64,000 bases of DNA from an uncultured Solirubrobacterales bacterium (GTDB taxonomy: Bacteria > Actinomycetota > Thermoleophilia > Solirubrobacterales > Solirubrobacteraceae): assembly GCA_963822625.1 (NCBI GenBank), contig CAWGIH010000004.1, positions 13,292-77,291 of the forward strand, in the 5' to 3' direction. How positions within the stretch are numbered: position 1 is the first letter of the stretch; the number at the start of each line of letters is the position of its first letter. Both the position numbers and the translations under genes were made by a program. Positions 29,331 to 40,151 of the stretch are shown piece by piece. A model generated the notes under the pieces. The model was not told the origin of the DNA, ran no database searches, and worked only from the letters and a program-made list of their open reading frames with translations.

Positions 29331-30296
29331 CTATCTACGCTTGGCGCCGCGCGCGAGCGCCTCGGCGAGCCGGCCACCCACCGCGAGCGCGCCCTCGGGA
29401 GACTCGAAGACGAACTCCACTCGCAATTTCCGGTGAGACATCGGACGAACGGTCACCTCCTCGCCCACCGCGTCGCCCCAGACCCGCGCGACGTTCATCG
29501 CCGTCGTGTCCTGCTGCGGGTTGTTGTGGGTAGGCGCAGGGTTGTTGGTGGTAAGTGCAGGATTGCTGGTGGTTGGTGCGACACCGTTGGGAGCGGGCAG
29601 GTTGCCGGAAGCGGACTCGCCGGTGTTGCCATCACGGGCGCGGGCCTCGAGGGTGCGCACCGACCAGCCCTCGGCGACGGCGCGATCAGCCAATTCTCGA
29701 CGTATTTTCAAATCCTTTGCTCCCAGTAGCGCCCGTCCGTGACCCTCGCTCAGCTCCCCCCTCTCCATCAACTCCAAAATCTCCTCAGACAAACCCAACA
29801 GACGTATGAGATTTGATACAGCAACTCGGCTACGTCCCACGCGACGCCCGACCTGCTCGATGGTTAGACCCAGCTCCTTGACGAGCATCGCGCAGGCCCT
29901 TGCCTCCTCCACGGGATTGAGATCCTCGCGTGCCATGTTCTCGATCAGCGCCGCCTCGAGCGCCAGGGAATCGTCATACGGGCAGACCAATCCAGGAATT
30001 GTCTGTAGGCCCGCGAGTTGGGCCGCGCGCCAACGTCGCTCGCCCGCGATCAGCTCATAGGAGCCGTCTGGTCCGGAGCGTACGAGCACCGGTTGCAAAA
30101 CCCCGCGCTCGCGCAAAGAGCGCGCCAGGTTCTGAAGTGCCTCCTCGTCAAAGTAACGACGCGCCTGTAAGAGGTTCGGCTCGATCAGGCCGATCGGTAG
30201 CTCGCGTAATTCGTTTGCTTGGTGATTATTTGGTTGATGATTGCTTGCTTGATTTTTGAGTGGGTTATTTGAGTGGTGCTCATTTGATTGGTCCAT
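29331..30296 (-). CDS. ParB/Spo0J-family protein (orphan paralogue, no parA nearby)
   Basis: GVLQPVLVR, YELIAGERRWRAA, ALIENMAREDLNPVEEA, HTH GRSRVAVSNLIRLL, LSEGHGRALL. Confidence 0.92.
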   Translation of the reverse strand: MDQSNEHHSNNPLKNQASNHQPNNHQANELRELPIGLIEPNLLQARRYFDEEALQNLARSLRERGVLQPVLVRSGPDGSYELIAGERRWRAAQLAGLQTIPGLVCPYDDSLALEAALIENMAREDLNPVEEARACAMLVKELGLTIEQVGRRVGRSRVAVSNLIRLLGLSEEILELMERGELSEGHGRALLGAKDLKIRRELADRAVAEGWSVRTLEARARDGNTGESASGNLPAPNGVAPTTSNPALTTNNPAPTHNNPQQDTTAMNVARVWGDAVGEEVTVRPMSHRKLRVEFVFESPEGALAVGGRLAEALARGAKRR

Positions 30297-30332
30297 GCCC
30301 CCCTATTCCGACGAGTCTTGGCTAACGGGACA
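30297..30332 (-). promoter_or_regulatory. Bipartite ECF-type promoter-like motif, copy D
   Basis: TGTCCCGTT-AGCCAAGACTC-GTCGGA-ATAGGGGGGC-ATG. Confidence 0.6.
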
Positions 30333-30369
30333 GCGGACTACGTCGAGGGCCGCGGGAGAGGACTGCGCG

Positions 30370-31191
30370 CTAGTCGGCGGGGAAAAGGCGCTGCCAGGCG
30401 TCGGGATCGTGCGTCGGCACCAGGATCGCCTCCGGCTCGCGCTCGGCAAAGGCTTTGATCTCCTGCATCGAGCGCATCGCGGCAGCGTCGTTGTCGGTGA
30501 GCGCCGGGAGAGTTTCCTGCTGAATGTTGCGCAGCGTGTAGGCGGCGTCGCCGATCAGGAGGGTCTGGCGATTCTGAGTCAGCGCCAGCAGGACCGACAG
30601 GTGACCGGCCGTGTGACCGGGAGTTGAGATCAGGCGGATGGTCTTGTCGCCGAGCAGGTCGATCGTCTTTGTGAACGGCCCGTACGGCTCGCCGTCGCGC
30701 TCGAAGTCGAGCAGGCGCATGCGCGACTCGGGCGGCAGGTGGTGGGAGACGTAGCCTTTGGCGATCGCGAAACGGTGACTGCTCGCCGCCCACTCCTCGC
30801 GCGAGCAGATGAACTCGGCGTTTGGCAGCAGTCGCATGCCGCTCGTGTGATCGACGTGCAGGTGCGTCATGATCACGCGCCGCTCTGCGTCCGGATCGAT
30901 GCCCAGCGTGCGTAGCTGCTCGTCATACGGCGTGGCGGCGGAGCGTAGAGTTCGAAACATCAGGCTCAGCGGCCCGCCGAAGTCTCGGCGGAAGTGTTCG
31001 CGGACATCGGCGTGCATGCCCGTGTCGATCAGGATCGTGCCGGCCGACGGATGCCGCACCACATAGGCGAGGCAGGGCAAGCGCAGCATCTTCCCCAATG
31101 GCGAGATGCCGGTGAGCAGACCGATCACCCGGTTGCCCCCGGCGCGGTAGACGTAGCCGTAGGGCATCGTGACCTCCGCCGTGAGCATCAC
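30370..31191 (-). CDS. N-acyl-homoserine lactonase-like metallo-beta-lactamase-fold hydrolase
   Basis: ILIDTG, THLHVDHTSG (HxHxDH), DLLGDK, TPGHTAGH, GDAAY, PTHD. Confidence 0.85.
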   Translation of the reverse strand: MMLTAEVTMPYGYVYRAGGNRVIGLLTGISPLGKMLRLPCLAYVVRHPSAGTILIDTGMHADVREHFRRDFGGPLSLMFRTLRSAATPYDEQLRTLGIDPDAERRVIMTHLHVDHTSGMRLLPNAEFICSREEWAASSHRFAIAKGYVSHHLPPESRMRLLDFERDGEPYGPFTKTIDLLGDKTIRLISTPGHTAGHLSVLLALTQNRQTLLIGDAAYTLRNIQQETLPALTDNDAAAMRSMQEIKAFAEREPEAILVPTHDPDAWQRLFPAD

Positions 31192-31218
31192 GTCGAGCTC
31201 TACGGCGGGGTCCGGGAT

Positions 31219-32530
31219 CTAGGGCTCCAGGCGGTTGGGGCCGCGGTAGAGGAAGGTGACCTCTCTCACGTTCTCCTGGTGCAGGAGTTGCATCAGCAGG
31301 CGCGTCAGACCGAAGCCGAAGCCGCCGTGGGGTGGCGCGCCGTAGCGGAAGAAGTTGAGGTAGTACTGGATCGGGCCCGTCTCGACGTTCTTGTCGGCCG
31401 CCTGGGCCAGTAGCTGCTCATAGCGGTGCTCACGCTGGGCGCCTGTCGTCAGCTCGATCCCGCGCCACAGCAGGTCGAAGCTACGCGTCAGGCTCGGGTC
31501 CTCGGGGTGGCGCATGTGGTAGAAGGGCCGCACCGTCGTCGGGTAGTCGGTCACGAACGCGAACTCGTGGCCGTGGCGCTCCTTGATCAGCGCGCTCAGC
31601 GCGCGCTCCGATGGGGGGTCCAGATCGTGCTGGGGACCGGGAACGGAATCGTGGCCCGCCTCGCGCAGCAGCTCCTTGGCCTGCTCGAGCGTCACACGCG
31701 GGAACGGGAAGCGCCGGCACGATCACCTCGGTGTCGAAGGTCTGCTCGATCGCCTCGCCGTGCGCATCCTTGACAGCGCCGAGCACGTGCGCGAGCCACG
31801 CCTCCTCGAAGGCCATCACGTCCTCGTGGGACTCCACCCAGGCCAGCTCGACGTCGACTGAGGTGAACTCCGTGTCGTGGCGTGAGGTGAACGACGGGTT
31901 GGCGCGGAACACGGGGCCGACCTCGAAGACCTTGCCGAAGCCGGCCGCCATCGCCATCTGCTTGTAGAACTGCGGCGACTGCGCGAGGTAGGCCTGCCCG
32001 TCGAAGTACTCGACCTTGAACAGCTCGGCGCCGGACTCGCTGGCGGAGCCCATCAGCTTCGGCGTGTGGATCTCGATGAAGCCGTTTTTGCTCCAGTAGT
32101 CGCGCATCGCGTGCTCGACCGTCGTTTGCACCTGGAAGATCAGCCTGCGGTCGGGGCGGCGCAGGTCGATGTAGCGCCAGTCGATCCGCTTGTCCAGGGC
32201 GGAGTCCGCCGCGATCGGCACCTCGGGCTCGGCGGGAGAGTCGAGCTCGATGCTCTCCAGCGCCAGCTCGACGCCACCGAGCTTGACCCGCTCGTCGGCG
32301 AGCACCGTCCCCGTGAGGGTGATGGCCGACTCGACCATCAGGCTCGAGATCTGCTCGTTGAGCTCGGTCGGGGGGTCGTCCTTGCCGAGCACCGCCTGCG
32401 CCAGTCCCGATTCGTCGCGCACGACGACGAACTGCACGCGCTTCTGGTCGCGCACCGCCTGCGCCCAGCCGCGGATCGTGACCTGCTCGCCGACGTGCGA
32501 GGGCAGCTCGGAGATGAGGGTGCGGGTCAT
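31219..32530 (-). CDS. aspS: Short archaeal-type, probably non-discriminating aspartate-tRNA(Asp/Asn) ligase (one frameshift near 31710)
   Basis: WRYIDLR, EIHTPK, AYLAQSPQFYKQ, GPVFRA, RPFYH, GAQREHRY, PPHGGFGFGL; about 435 aa, no GAD insertion. Confidence 0.92.
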
Positions 32531-32554
32531 GCGGGGGACCCTATCCAAAGGCGA

Positions 32555-35150
32555 CTACTCGGCGAGCTCGACCTCGACGGCGAACTCCTCGGCCTCGACC
32601 ATCTCGATGCGCTCGATCGTCCCCGCCTGGAGCAGGTCGCCTTCCCCCAGCCCCAGCGCGCTCAGCCGCTGCGCCGTGTCGCGCACGAGCACCCGGCTGA
32701 CCGGCGCGCGCATCTTCACCTGCGCCTCGGACTTCGCCTTGCGCACCTCTTTGAGCACGTCCGCGGTCACATCCAGCGCCACGTCTTCGCGGTCGCGCTC
32801 GGGCTGCTCGCCGACCACGGCCAGCAGCTCCGCCGCATCCGGCCAGGGCGCGCGGTGCACCGAGCCCTGCTGCCACCACGACCACACCTCCTCGCAGACA
32901 AACGGCAGGAACGGAGCGAGCAGCCGCTGGAGCACCGACTGCGACAGTCGCAGCGCGCGGCTGACCGAGGCGCTCACCTCGGGGTTCGGGTCATAGCGGC
33001 GGCCCTTGACGAGCTCGAGGTAGTAGTCGCAGTACCACCAGAAGAAGCTCTCGGCACGCTCCAGCGCGCGGGCGTAGTCGTAGTCCTCGAAGCAGCTCGT
33101 CGCGTCCGCCACGACCGCTCCGATGCGCGCGATCAGCGCGCGGTCGAGGGGATGGGATAGCTCTCCCGCCGCCGGCAGGTCGGCGAGCGCGAACTTCGAC
33201 GCGTTCAGCAGCTTGACCGCCAAGCGCCTGCCGACCTTCATCTGCTGGGGATCGAACGCCGTGTCGGTGCCCGGCCGCCCGCTCGCCGCCCAGTAGCGCA
33301 CGGCGTCCGCGCCGTACTCCTCGAGCAGGTGCATCGGCGTCACCACGTTGCCCTTCGACTTCGACATCTTCTTGCGATCCGGGTCGAGCACCCAACCGGA
33401 GATCGCGGCGTTCGCCCACGGCAGCTTGCCCTCGTCGAGCTGCGAGCGCAGGATCGTCGAGAACAGCCAGGTGCGGATGATGTCGTGCGCCTGCGGGCGC
33501 ACGTCCATCGGGAAGACCTTGCTGAAGAGCGACTCGCCTGCACCCGCCAGGGTGTCCTCGCCCGCCTGGCCGGCGATCTGCGGCGTCAGCGAGGAGGTCG
33601 CCCAAGTGTCCATCACGTCCGGGTCGCCGACAAAGCCGTTCGGCTGGCCGCGCTGCCGCGCTTGGAAACCCTCGGGCACATCGGTCGAGGGGTCGACCGG
33701 GAGCTGCTCCTCGCGTGCGTGTATCGGATGGTCGTGGCGAATCGCGCCATCCGCATCGAGCGGATACCACACCGGAAACGGCACGCCGAAGAAGCGCTGG
33801 CGGCTCACACACCAATCCCCCGTCAGCCCGTTGACCCAGTCCTCGAAGCGCGCGCGCATGTACGGCGGGTGCCACTGCAGCTCCCGCCCGCGCGCGATCA
33901 GCGCCTCGCGGTGCTCGATCGTGCGGATGAACCACTGACGGGTGGTCACGATCTCGATCGGGCGCTCGCCCTTCTCGAAGAACTTCACGGCCCTGGTCAC
34001 CGGCGTCGGCTCGCCGATCAGCTCGCCCGACTGGGCCAGCAGCTCAACGATCCGCTTGCGCGCCTGATTGATGCTGCAGCCGCGCAGTTGCTCATAGCTC
34101 GCGCGCGCGAGCGGGAGGTCCTCGGACTCCCAGCCGGGGGTCCCCCAGGGAACCTCCGCCAGGCGGCCATCGGGGGCGAGCACCGAGCGCACCGGCAGGC
34201 TCAGCTCGCGCCACCAGGTCACGTCGGTGAGATCGCCGAACGTGCAGACCATCACCAGGCCCGTGCCCTTCTCGCGCTCGACCAGCGGATGCGTCAGCAC
34301 GGGCACGCGGGTGCCGAACAGCGGCGTCAGCACCTCCTGTCCGACCAGCCCGCGCTGGCGCTCGTCGTCGGGGTGGGCCAGCAGCGCCACGCAGGCCGGG
34401 ATCAGCTCCGGGCGCGTCGTCTCGATCAGCGCCTGCGCGCCAGTCGCGCCGTCGGAGCCCACCGGGGAGAAACGCACACGATGCATCGCGCCCTGGCGCT
34501 CGCGGTCCTCGAGCTCGGCCTGCGCGACCGCGGTCTGGAAATCCACGTCCCACAGCGTCGGCGCCTCCAACTGGTAGGCGCCCCCCCGCTCTAGCAGCCC
34601 GAGGAACGAGCGCTGGGAGATCCGCTGGGCAAGCGCGCCGATCGTCGTATAGCTCATCGACCAGTCGACCGACAGCCCCAGCGTGCGCCACAGCGCCTCG
34701 AACGCCTGCTCGTCGGTCTCGGTCAGCGCCAGGCAGAGCTCGACGAAGTTGGGCCGCGAGATCGATACCGGCTCCTGTTGATCGGATCCCCGCCCACCCT
34801 CGGCGGGAGGCGCAAAGTCTGGGTCATAGGGAACCGACGGGTCGCAGCGCACGCCGAAGTGGTTCTGCACGCGCCGCTCGGTCGGCAAACCGTTGTCGTC
34901 CCAGCCCATCGGATAGAAGACCTCTTTGCCGCGCATCCGCTGAAAGCGCGCGAGCGCGTCTGTATGGGTGTAGGAGAAGACGTGGCCGACGTGCAGCGAG
35001 CCGCTGACCGTCGGCGGCGGCGTGTCGATCGAGAAGACGCGCTCGCGCGAAGCGGCGCGGTCGAAGCGGTAGACGCCGTCGCGCTCCCACTCGGCGCTCC
35101 ACTTCGCCTCGAGCCCGTCGAGCGTCGGGCGCTCGGGGACGTTCGCGGGC
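32555..35150 (-). CDS. valS: Valine-tRNA ligase (start codon uncertain)
   Basis: IDTPPPTVSGSLHVGH, GWDDNGLPTER, DWCVSRQR, RPQAHDIIRTW, KMSKSKGN. Confidence 0.95.
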
Positions 35151-35153
35151 TCG

Positions 35154-35477
35154 CTAGCGCGAGTGGTCGGCTGCGGTGGGGGCAAGCCGCGGATCGTATC
35201 CGAGCCGTTGCTCGCGCTCGGCGCGATGCGCGGGACAGTAGACGCCACGCACCGTCCCATCGGGCAGGCCATAGCCGAGCCACCTGCCGTCGCGCCAGGC
35301 GAAGTTGAAGAAGCGATCCGTATCCACGCCGCCCTGCTGCAGCTCGGCCGACCAGGCGGCGCAGGCCACATCTCTGGGAATGCTCGAGCGGCAGGAGCAG
35401 CTGCCGGAGAGATATCCGCTCGAGACGCACCGCAAACGATCCAGGCTATGCACTGTGCCTGTTTCGGGCAGTTCCAT
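35154..35477 (-). CDS. Small Cys-containing hypothetical protein
   Basis: MELPETG...CSC...FFNFAWRDGRWLGYGLPDGTVRGVYCPAH; ends right at the valS homology start. Confidence 0.55.
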   Translation of the reverse strand: MELPETGTVHSLDRLRCVSSGYLSGSCSCRSSIPRDVACAAWSAELQQGGVDTDRFFNFAWRDGRWLGYGLPDGTVRGVYCPAHRAEREQRLGYDPRLAPTAADHSR

Positions 35478-35597
35478 GTCGTTCTTTTCGGACCGCATCG
35501 CCGAAACGGATCGACGCTTTACGGATATGTGGACGATTGTCTTATTCTGAGGATCTCCGCACGGCTGAGCAGCTGGAAATCAAAGGAAGGAGAAGCG

Positions 35598-36188
35598 ATG
35601 AGAGAGCCCGATGTGTTCGTGCTCGCCGACCGTGCCCTGAATCGGGTAGTCGGCCAGATCCGCGAGGATCAATGGGAGATCGTGCTGCCGGAGAGCTTCA
35701 GGACGCGGCGCATGGATCACACTCCGACACTGCGGGAGATCATCAACTACCACGCCTACGACGACGCCTGGGTCCCCGACATGCTCGCCGGTCAGACGAT
35801 GGCGCAGGCCGGCCCGGAGAAGTTCAAGGGCGATCTGCTGGGCAGCGACCCGCGTGGCTCGTTTGCCGCGATCGTCGAGGATGCGTGTGCCGCGGCAGAA
35901 GCGTTCGAGGATCTCCATCAAACCGTCCACTGCTCGTTTGGCGACTACCCGGCCCGTCACTACTTCTGGCAGATCAACCAGTTCCGCGCGCTGCGCGCGC
36001 ACGACATCGCCAAGGTGATCGGCGCGGACCCCACGCTTCCAGAGGACCTGGTGCAGGGCATCTGGGAGGAGGTCAGCCCGAACGCCGAGGAGTGGCGCGC
36101 GATCGGCATCTTTCCGGACGCTGTCCCAGTCGCGCAGGACGCCCCACTGCAGGACCGGCTGCTCGGTCTGACCGGACGCGAGCCCTAG
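35598..36188 (+). CDS. TIGR03086-like / DinB-superfamily (MDMPI N-terminal) metal-binding protein
   Basis: AGGAG RBS; QIREDQW, TLREIINYH, TVHCSFG, HDIAKVIG, APLQDRLLGLTGR. Confidence 0.8.
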   Translation: MREPDVFVLADRALNRVVGQIREDQWEIVLPESFRTRRMDHTPTLREIINYHAYDDAWVPDMLAGQTMAQAGPEKFKGDLLGSDPRGSFAAIVEDACAAAEAFEDLHQTVHCSFGDYPARHYFWQINQFRALRAHDIAKVIGADPTLPEDLVQGIWEEVSPNAEEWRAIGIFPDAVPVAQDAPLQDRLLGLTGREP

Positions 36189-36289
36189 ACACGGCGCAAC
36201 TCGCCAACTTCCAGGGGGTTTCTGCAGTGATGCGGGTATATGCCTTCTACAGCTTGCCTGCGTACGCGTCGAAGGGTGATTGGTGAGCC

Positions 36290-38571
36290 ATGCCTACAGC
36301 TGAGCTGCGATCAACCAACGATGCCGCGCTGGTGCGAGGAATGCGGCGCGGCGAGGAGGGGGCCTTCGAGACGATCTTCCAGCGCCACCACGCGCCGCTG
36401 CTGTCCTACTGCCGGCACATGCTCGGCAACCAGGAGGAGGCCGAGGACGCGCTGCAGCAGGCCTTCATCAAAGCGCATCAGGCGTTGCTCCACGGGACGG
36501 CGCCGCGCGAGCTGCGCCCGTGGCTATACAGCGATCGCGCGCAACTGCTGCCTCTCGGCGATCACCGCCCGGCGGCCGACCACGCCCCTGGCGGACCACA
36601 CGCCGGCGCTGGCGGGGCTGTCCGATCAAGTGCGCCAGCGCGAGGACCTGCGCGAGCTGGTCGCGGGGATCGGCCGCCTGCCCGAGGATCAGCGCTCAGC
36701 GCTGCTGCTGGCCGAGCTCGACGATCTCAACCACGAGGCGATCGCCACGATCGTGGGGTGCGAGGTGAGCAAGGTCAAGGCGCTGATCTACCAGGCGCGC
36801 AGCGCCCTGATCGCCGACCGCGACGCGCTGGGCACATCCTGCCAAGACATTCGCGAACAGCTCGCGGTGGCCCGCGGTGGCGAACTGCGGCGCGGCCCGT
36901 TGCGCCGGCATCTGAAGCTGTGCGTCGGCTGCCGTGATTTCCAGCTTGCGCTGGGCGCCCAGCACCAGTCGCTCGCGGCCGTGCTGCCGGTACTGCCCAG
37001 CGCCGGACTCGCGGCCGCGATCCTCGGCCACGGAGCGGCTCACGCCCTCGGCGCGGCGAGCATCGGGGGAGCCGCCGGCGGCGGGGCGAGCGCCGGCGGG
37101 GCCGGCGTAGGAGCCACGGCCGCAGGTACCGGCGCTACGGGGATCGCCGCGAGCGGGACAGCGGCGAGTACCGCTGTCCTCGGCGCGAGCGCATCAAGCG
37201 GCACCGGCATCGGCGCGCTCGTCGGTGGCGGGGTGCTCACGAAACTCGCCGTCGGCGGCGCCGTGGTTGCCCTGGCAACAGCCGGTGCGGTGAGCGTTCA
37301 CAACCGGCAGTCACACTCAAGGCCTCGCGGGGCCACTCGCGCACAGCTCGCCTTTTTCGGCGCCAAGGGACGGCGGATCTCGGCCACCGACATCGCCTAC
37401 TCCAGCTCGCCCACGGCGCTCGCCCCGGGCTCGCCGGCGGCGCTCGCGCCAGCCGGCGGCGCCCCCACGACCGGTGTCCCAGGCAGCGAACCGGCCGTGC
37501 GCCTGTCGGGTCTCGGCGGCGCGAGCCAGCTGGGTGGGGCGAGCCAGCTGGGTGGCGCGAGCCAGCTGCTCACGCCCACGGCAACACCGGGCACATCGCC
37601 ACCGAGTGGCGCGGGGCCGGGCGGCTCGGGGCAGACCGTGGCGGGCACCCGGCAGGGCAAGAGGAGCGGGGAAAGCGGTTCCGGCGCGCAGGGGAAGCAT
37701 CGCGCCGCGCTCCGTCGCCGGCGGATGCTGGCCCGCCGCAGAGCGCTACTTCCTCGCCGGACGCGCTTACGCCGCGAGGCACTTCTGCGCCGTAGAGCGC
37801 TTCTGCGTCGCGAGGCGCTTCTGCGTCGCCAGGCGCTTCTTCGCCGGCAGCTTGCGGCACAACGGCGCGCCCGGCGCGAAGCGCTCGAACGCCGTCGCCT
37901 GGCCGCCTCCAAACCTTCCACAGCACCAAAGCCGCCCGTGACACCGGCGCCGGCTCACGCTCCCCATCGCAAAGCCCGCACCACACCGAGCAGCGGGACG
38001 GCCGGCGCACCGGCCAAAACCACCACCACTTCGAACACCTCCCCCGAAACACGCAAACCACGCCGTCCCACACCAACAGGTACCGGCACCGCGAGCACAG
38101 GCACGGGCGCAGGCAGTGCCACGGGGAAAACCGGCTCGGGTACGGGGAAACCAGCTCGGGAAAACCGGCTCGGGTACAGGGAAAACCAGCTCGGGTAAAA
38201 CCGGCGCCGGCGCAGGCGCTGGGAAAACAGGGACGGGCGGCTCGGGGACAGGCAAGTCCGGCGCGGGTAAGGAAAACGCCGGCGCAGAAAACGCCGGCGC
38301 AGAAAATGCTGGATCGACTACCGGCTCGGGCAAAACCGGCACAGGCACCGGGACGGAAAAAGCCAGTTCAGGCGCCAGCGGCGGAAAAACCAGTACCGGT
38401 GGCGGCAAAACCAGTGCTGGTGGCGGCAAAACCAGTACTGGTGGCGGCAACGGGAAAACCAGCTCGGGAAAGACCGGCTCAGGCACCGGCGAAACGGCGG
38501 GCGAAACAGGCTCGGCGAAAGTCCATCCGAAAAAAAATCTCGTCGAAGAAGAACAACTGCCCAACCTTTAG
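36290..38571 (+). CDS. ECF sigma-70 factor with fused ZAS motif, TM helix and long low-complexity tail (frameshifted)
   Basis: Sigma2: AFETIFQRH..EAEDALQQAF..LRPWLY / IARN. Sigma4: LPEDQRSALLL..IATIVG..KVKALIYQAR. Then HLKLCVGC, a Gly/Ala-rich hydrophobic region, RREALL repeats and a G/T/K/S tail. Confidence 0.85.
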
Positions 38572-38635
38572 GGCGAACGGGCAGTCGTAGGCGTAGATGT
38601 GCACTAACCCAGAAACTCAACGGGAGGAACGCACA

Positions 38636-40010
38636 ATGCGTCTTCGTAAACTGGGTCCGGCGCTGATCGCCGCGACCTCACTGCTGGCGCTGGCTCCGGC
38701 CGCCGCCTCGGCTCACAAGCATCCAAGCCCCCTGGGGCGCTGCCGGATCAACATCGAACGTCTCGTCCCCGCTGGATCAGCGCCGGGGACTCGGCCGAAG
38801 TATCCGGTCGCCTCGCATGTCCGCCGCGCGAACGCCGGCGGTCAGCCGGTCACGCTGTACGCGCACGCCGCTGGCACCGCCGGCTTCGTGCCCGTGCAGA
38901 GCACGACCACGGAAGCGAACGGCGCCTACAAGTTCACGACCGCGGCCGAGAACGCGAACACCACGTTCTACGTTCGCTCGCACGGCGCACAGAGCGGTCG
39001 CAGGCGGCTCCGCGTCGAGGCTCAGGTGACGCTCGACGCGGACCGCCGGAAGGCACGCAGATCGAAACCGGGGCACCCAACCAGGAGACGTTCAGCGGCA
39101 CGGTCACTCCCGCCGCCGACGTCGGCGCGCGCGTGATCCTGCAGCGTGAGAACGCCGTGAGCGGCGAGGAATGGCACCGGATCGGCATCGGCCGGGTGAT
39201 GGCCGGCGGGACCTATCTCGATCACGCACATCTTCCGCGTGCCCGGCGACGCGAGCATTCGCGTGCTCGTGCGCAGCGACGGACTGAACATCCCGAGTCC
39301 GTCAAACGAACTCGAGTATGAGATCTCCCAGGCGCAGAACCCGAGCCTGACGATCTCGAGCTCCGCCGACCCGATCAGCTATGGGCAGTCAGTGACGATC
39401 TCAGGCGTCCTCGCGGGCGCCACGACCAGTCAGCCGGTCACGCTGCTGGCGCGGACCGTCCACCAGCAGGGTTTCGCCCCGGTCGCCGAGGTGGCTACCG
39501 GCGCAGGCGGCGCCTACAGCTTCCCGGCACAGTCGCCGGTGAGCAGCACCCTGTACAGGGTGCAAGGGCGCCGGGCAGAAGTCCGCGGTGCTGTACGAGG
39601 GCGTCAAAGACGTGCTCACCGCCGAAGCCTCCCCCACCACGATCAAATCCGGGGAAGCAGTGACATTCAAAGGCACGGTCGCGCCGGAGCACAGCGGGCA
39701 CGTGATCTACCTGGAGCGCCAGAACGCGATGGGCACGGGCTACCACGTCGTGCAGAAGGAGCACGTGCTGCCGGGCTCGGTGTACTCGATCGTTCACCAG
39801 TTCTCCGTTCCGGGCACGAAGATCGTCCGGATCGAGATCCCCGGGGGACCGGACAACGGCCGTGCGGTCAGCCCGCCGTTCACGATCACCGTGACCCCGG
39901 CGCCGGCATCCGCGCTCACGCCGGAGGCACCGGGTAACACCTCGCTCCCGAACGAAGGCCAGACAACGGGATCGGAAACCGAAACACGAGAAGCGCCAAG
40001 CAACGAATAA
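38636..40010 (+). CDS. Secreted protein with repeated beta-sandwich domains (frameshifted)
   Basis: GGAGG RBS; signal peptide MRLRKLGPALIAATSLLALAPAAASA; repeated GxV...V.L...G.Y.F strand patterns. Confidence 0.7.
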
Positions 40011-40044
40011 CGGTCGAGGGACAAGAGACCAAAGAGACCGAGGC

Positions 40045-40080
40045 CTGTGGCCGTCCCGAAAGGGGCGGCCACAGTGCTTT
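40045..40080 (+). terminator. Hairpin terminator
   Basis: ctgtggccgtccc-gaaa-ggggcggccacag (13-bp stem, GNRA loop) followed by tgcttt, 35 nt after the stop. Confidence 0.75.
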
Positions 40081-40151
40081 GCGGACTCGTCAGCTCGATA
40101 GGCTGGCCCGTGGTCTTCAACCGGTCTCCACACTCAGGACAGAGCTCACGC

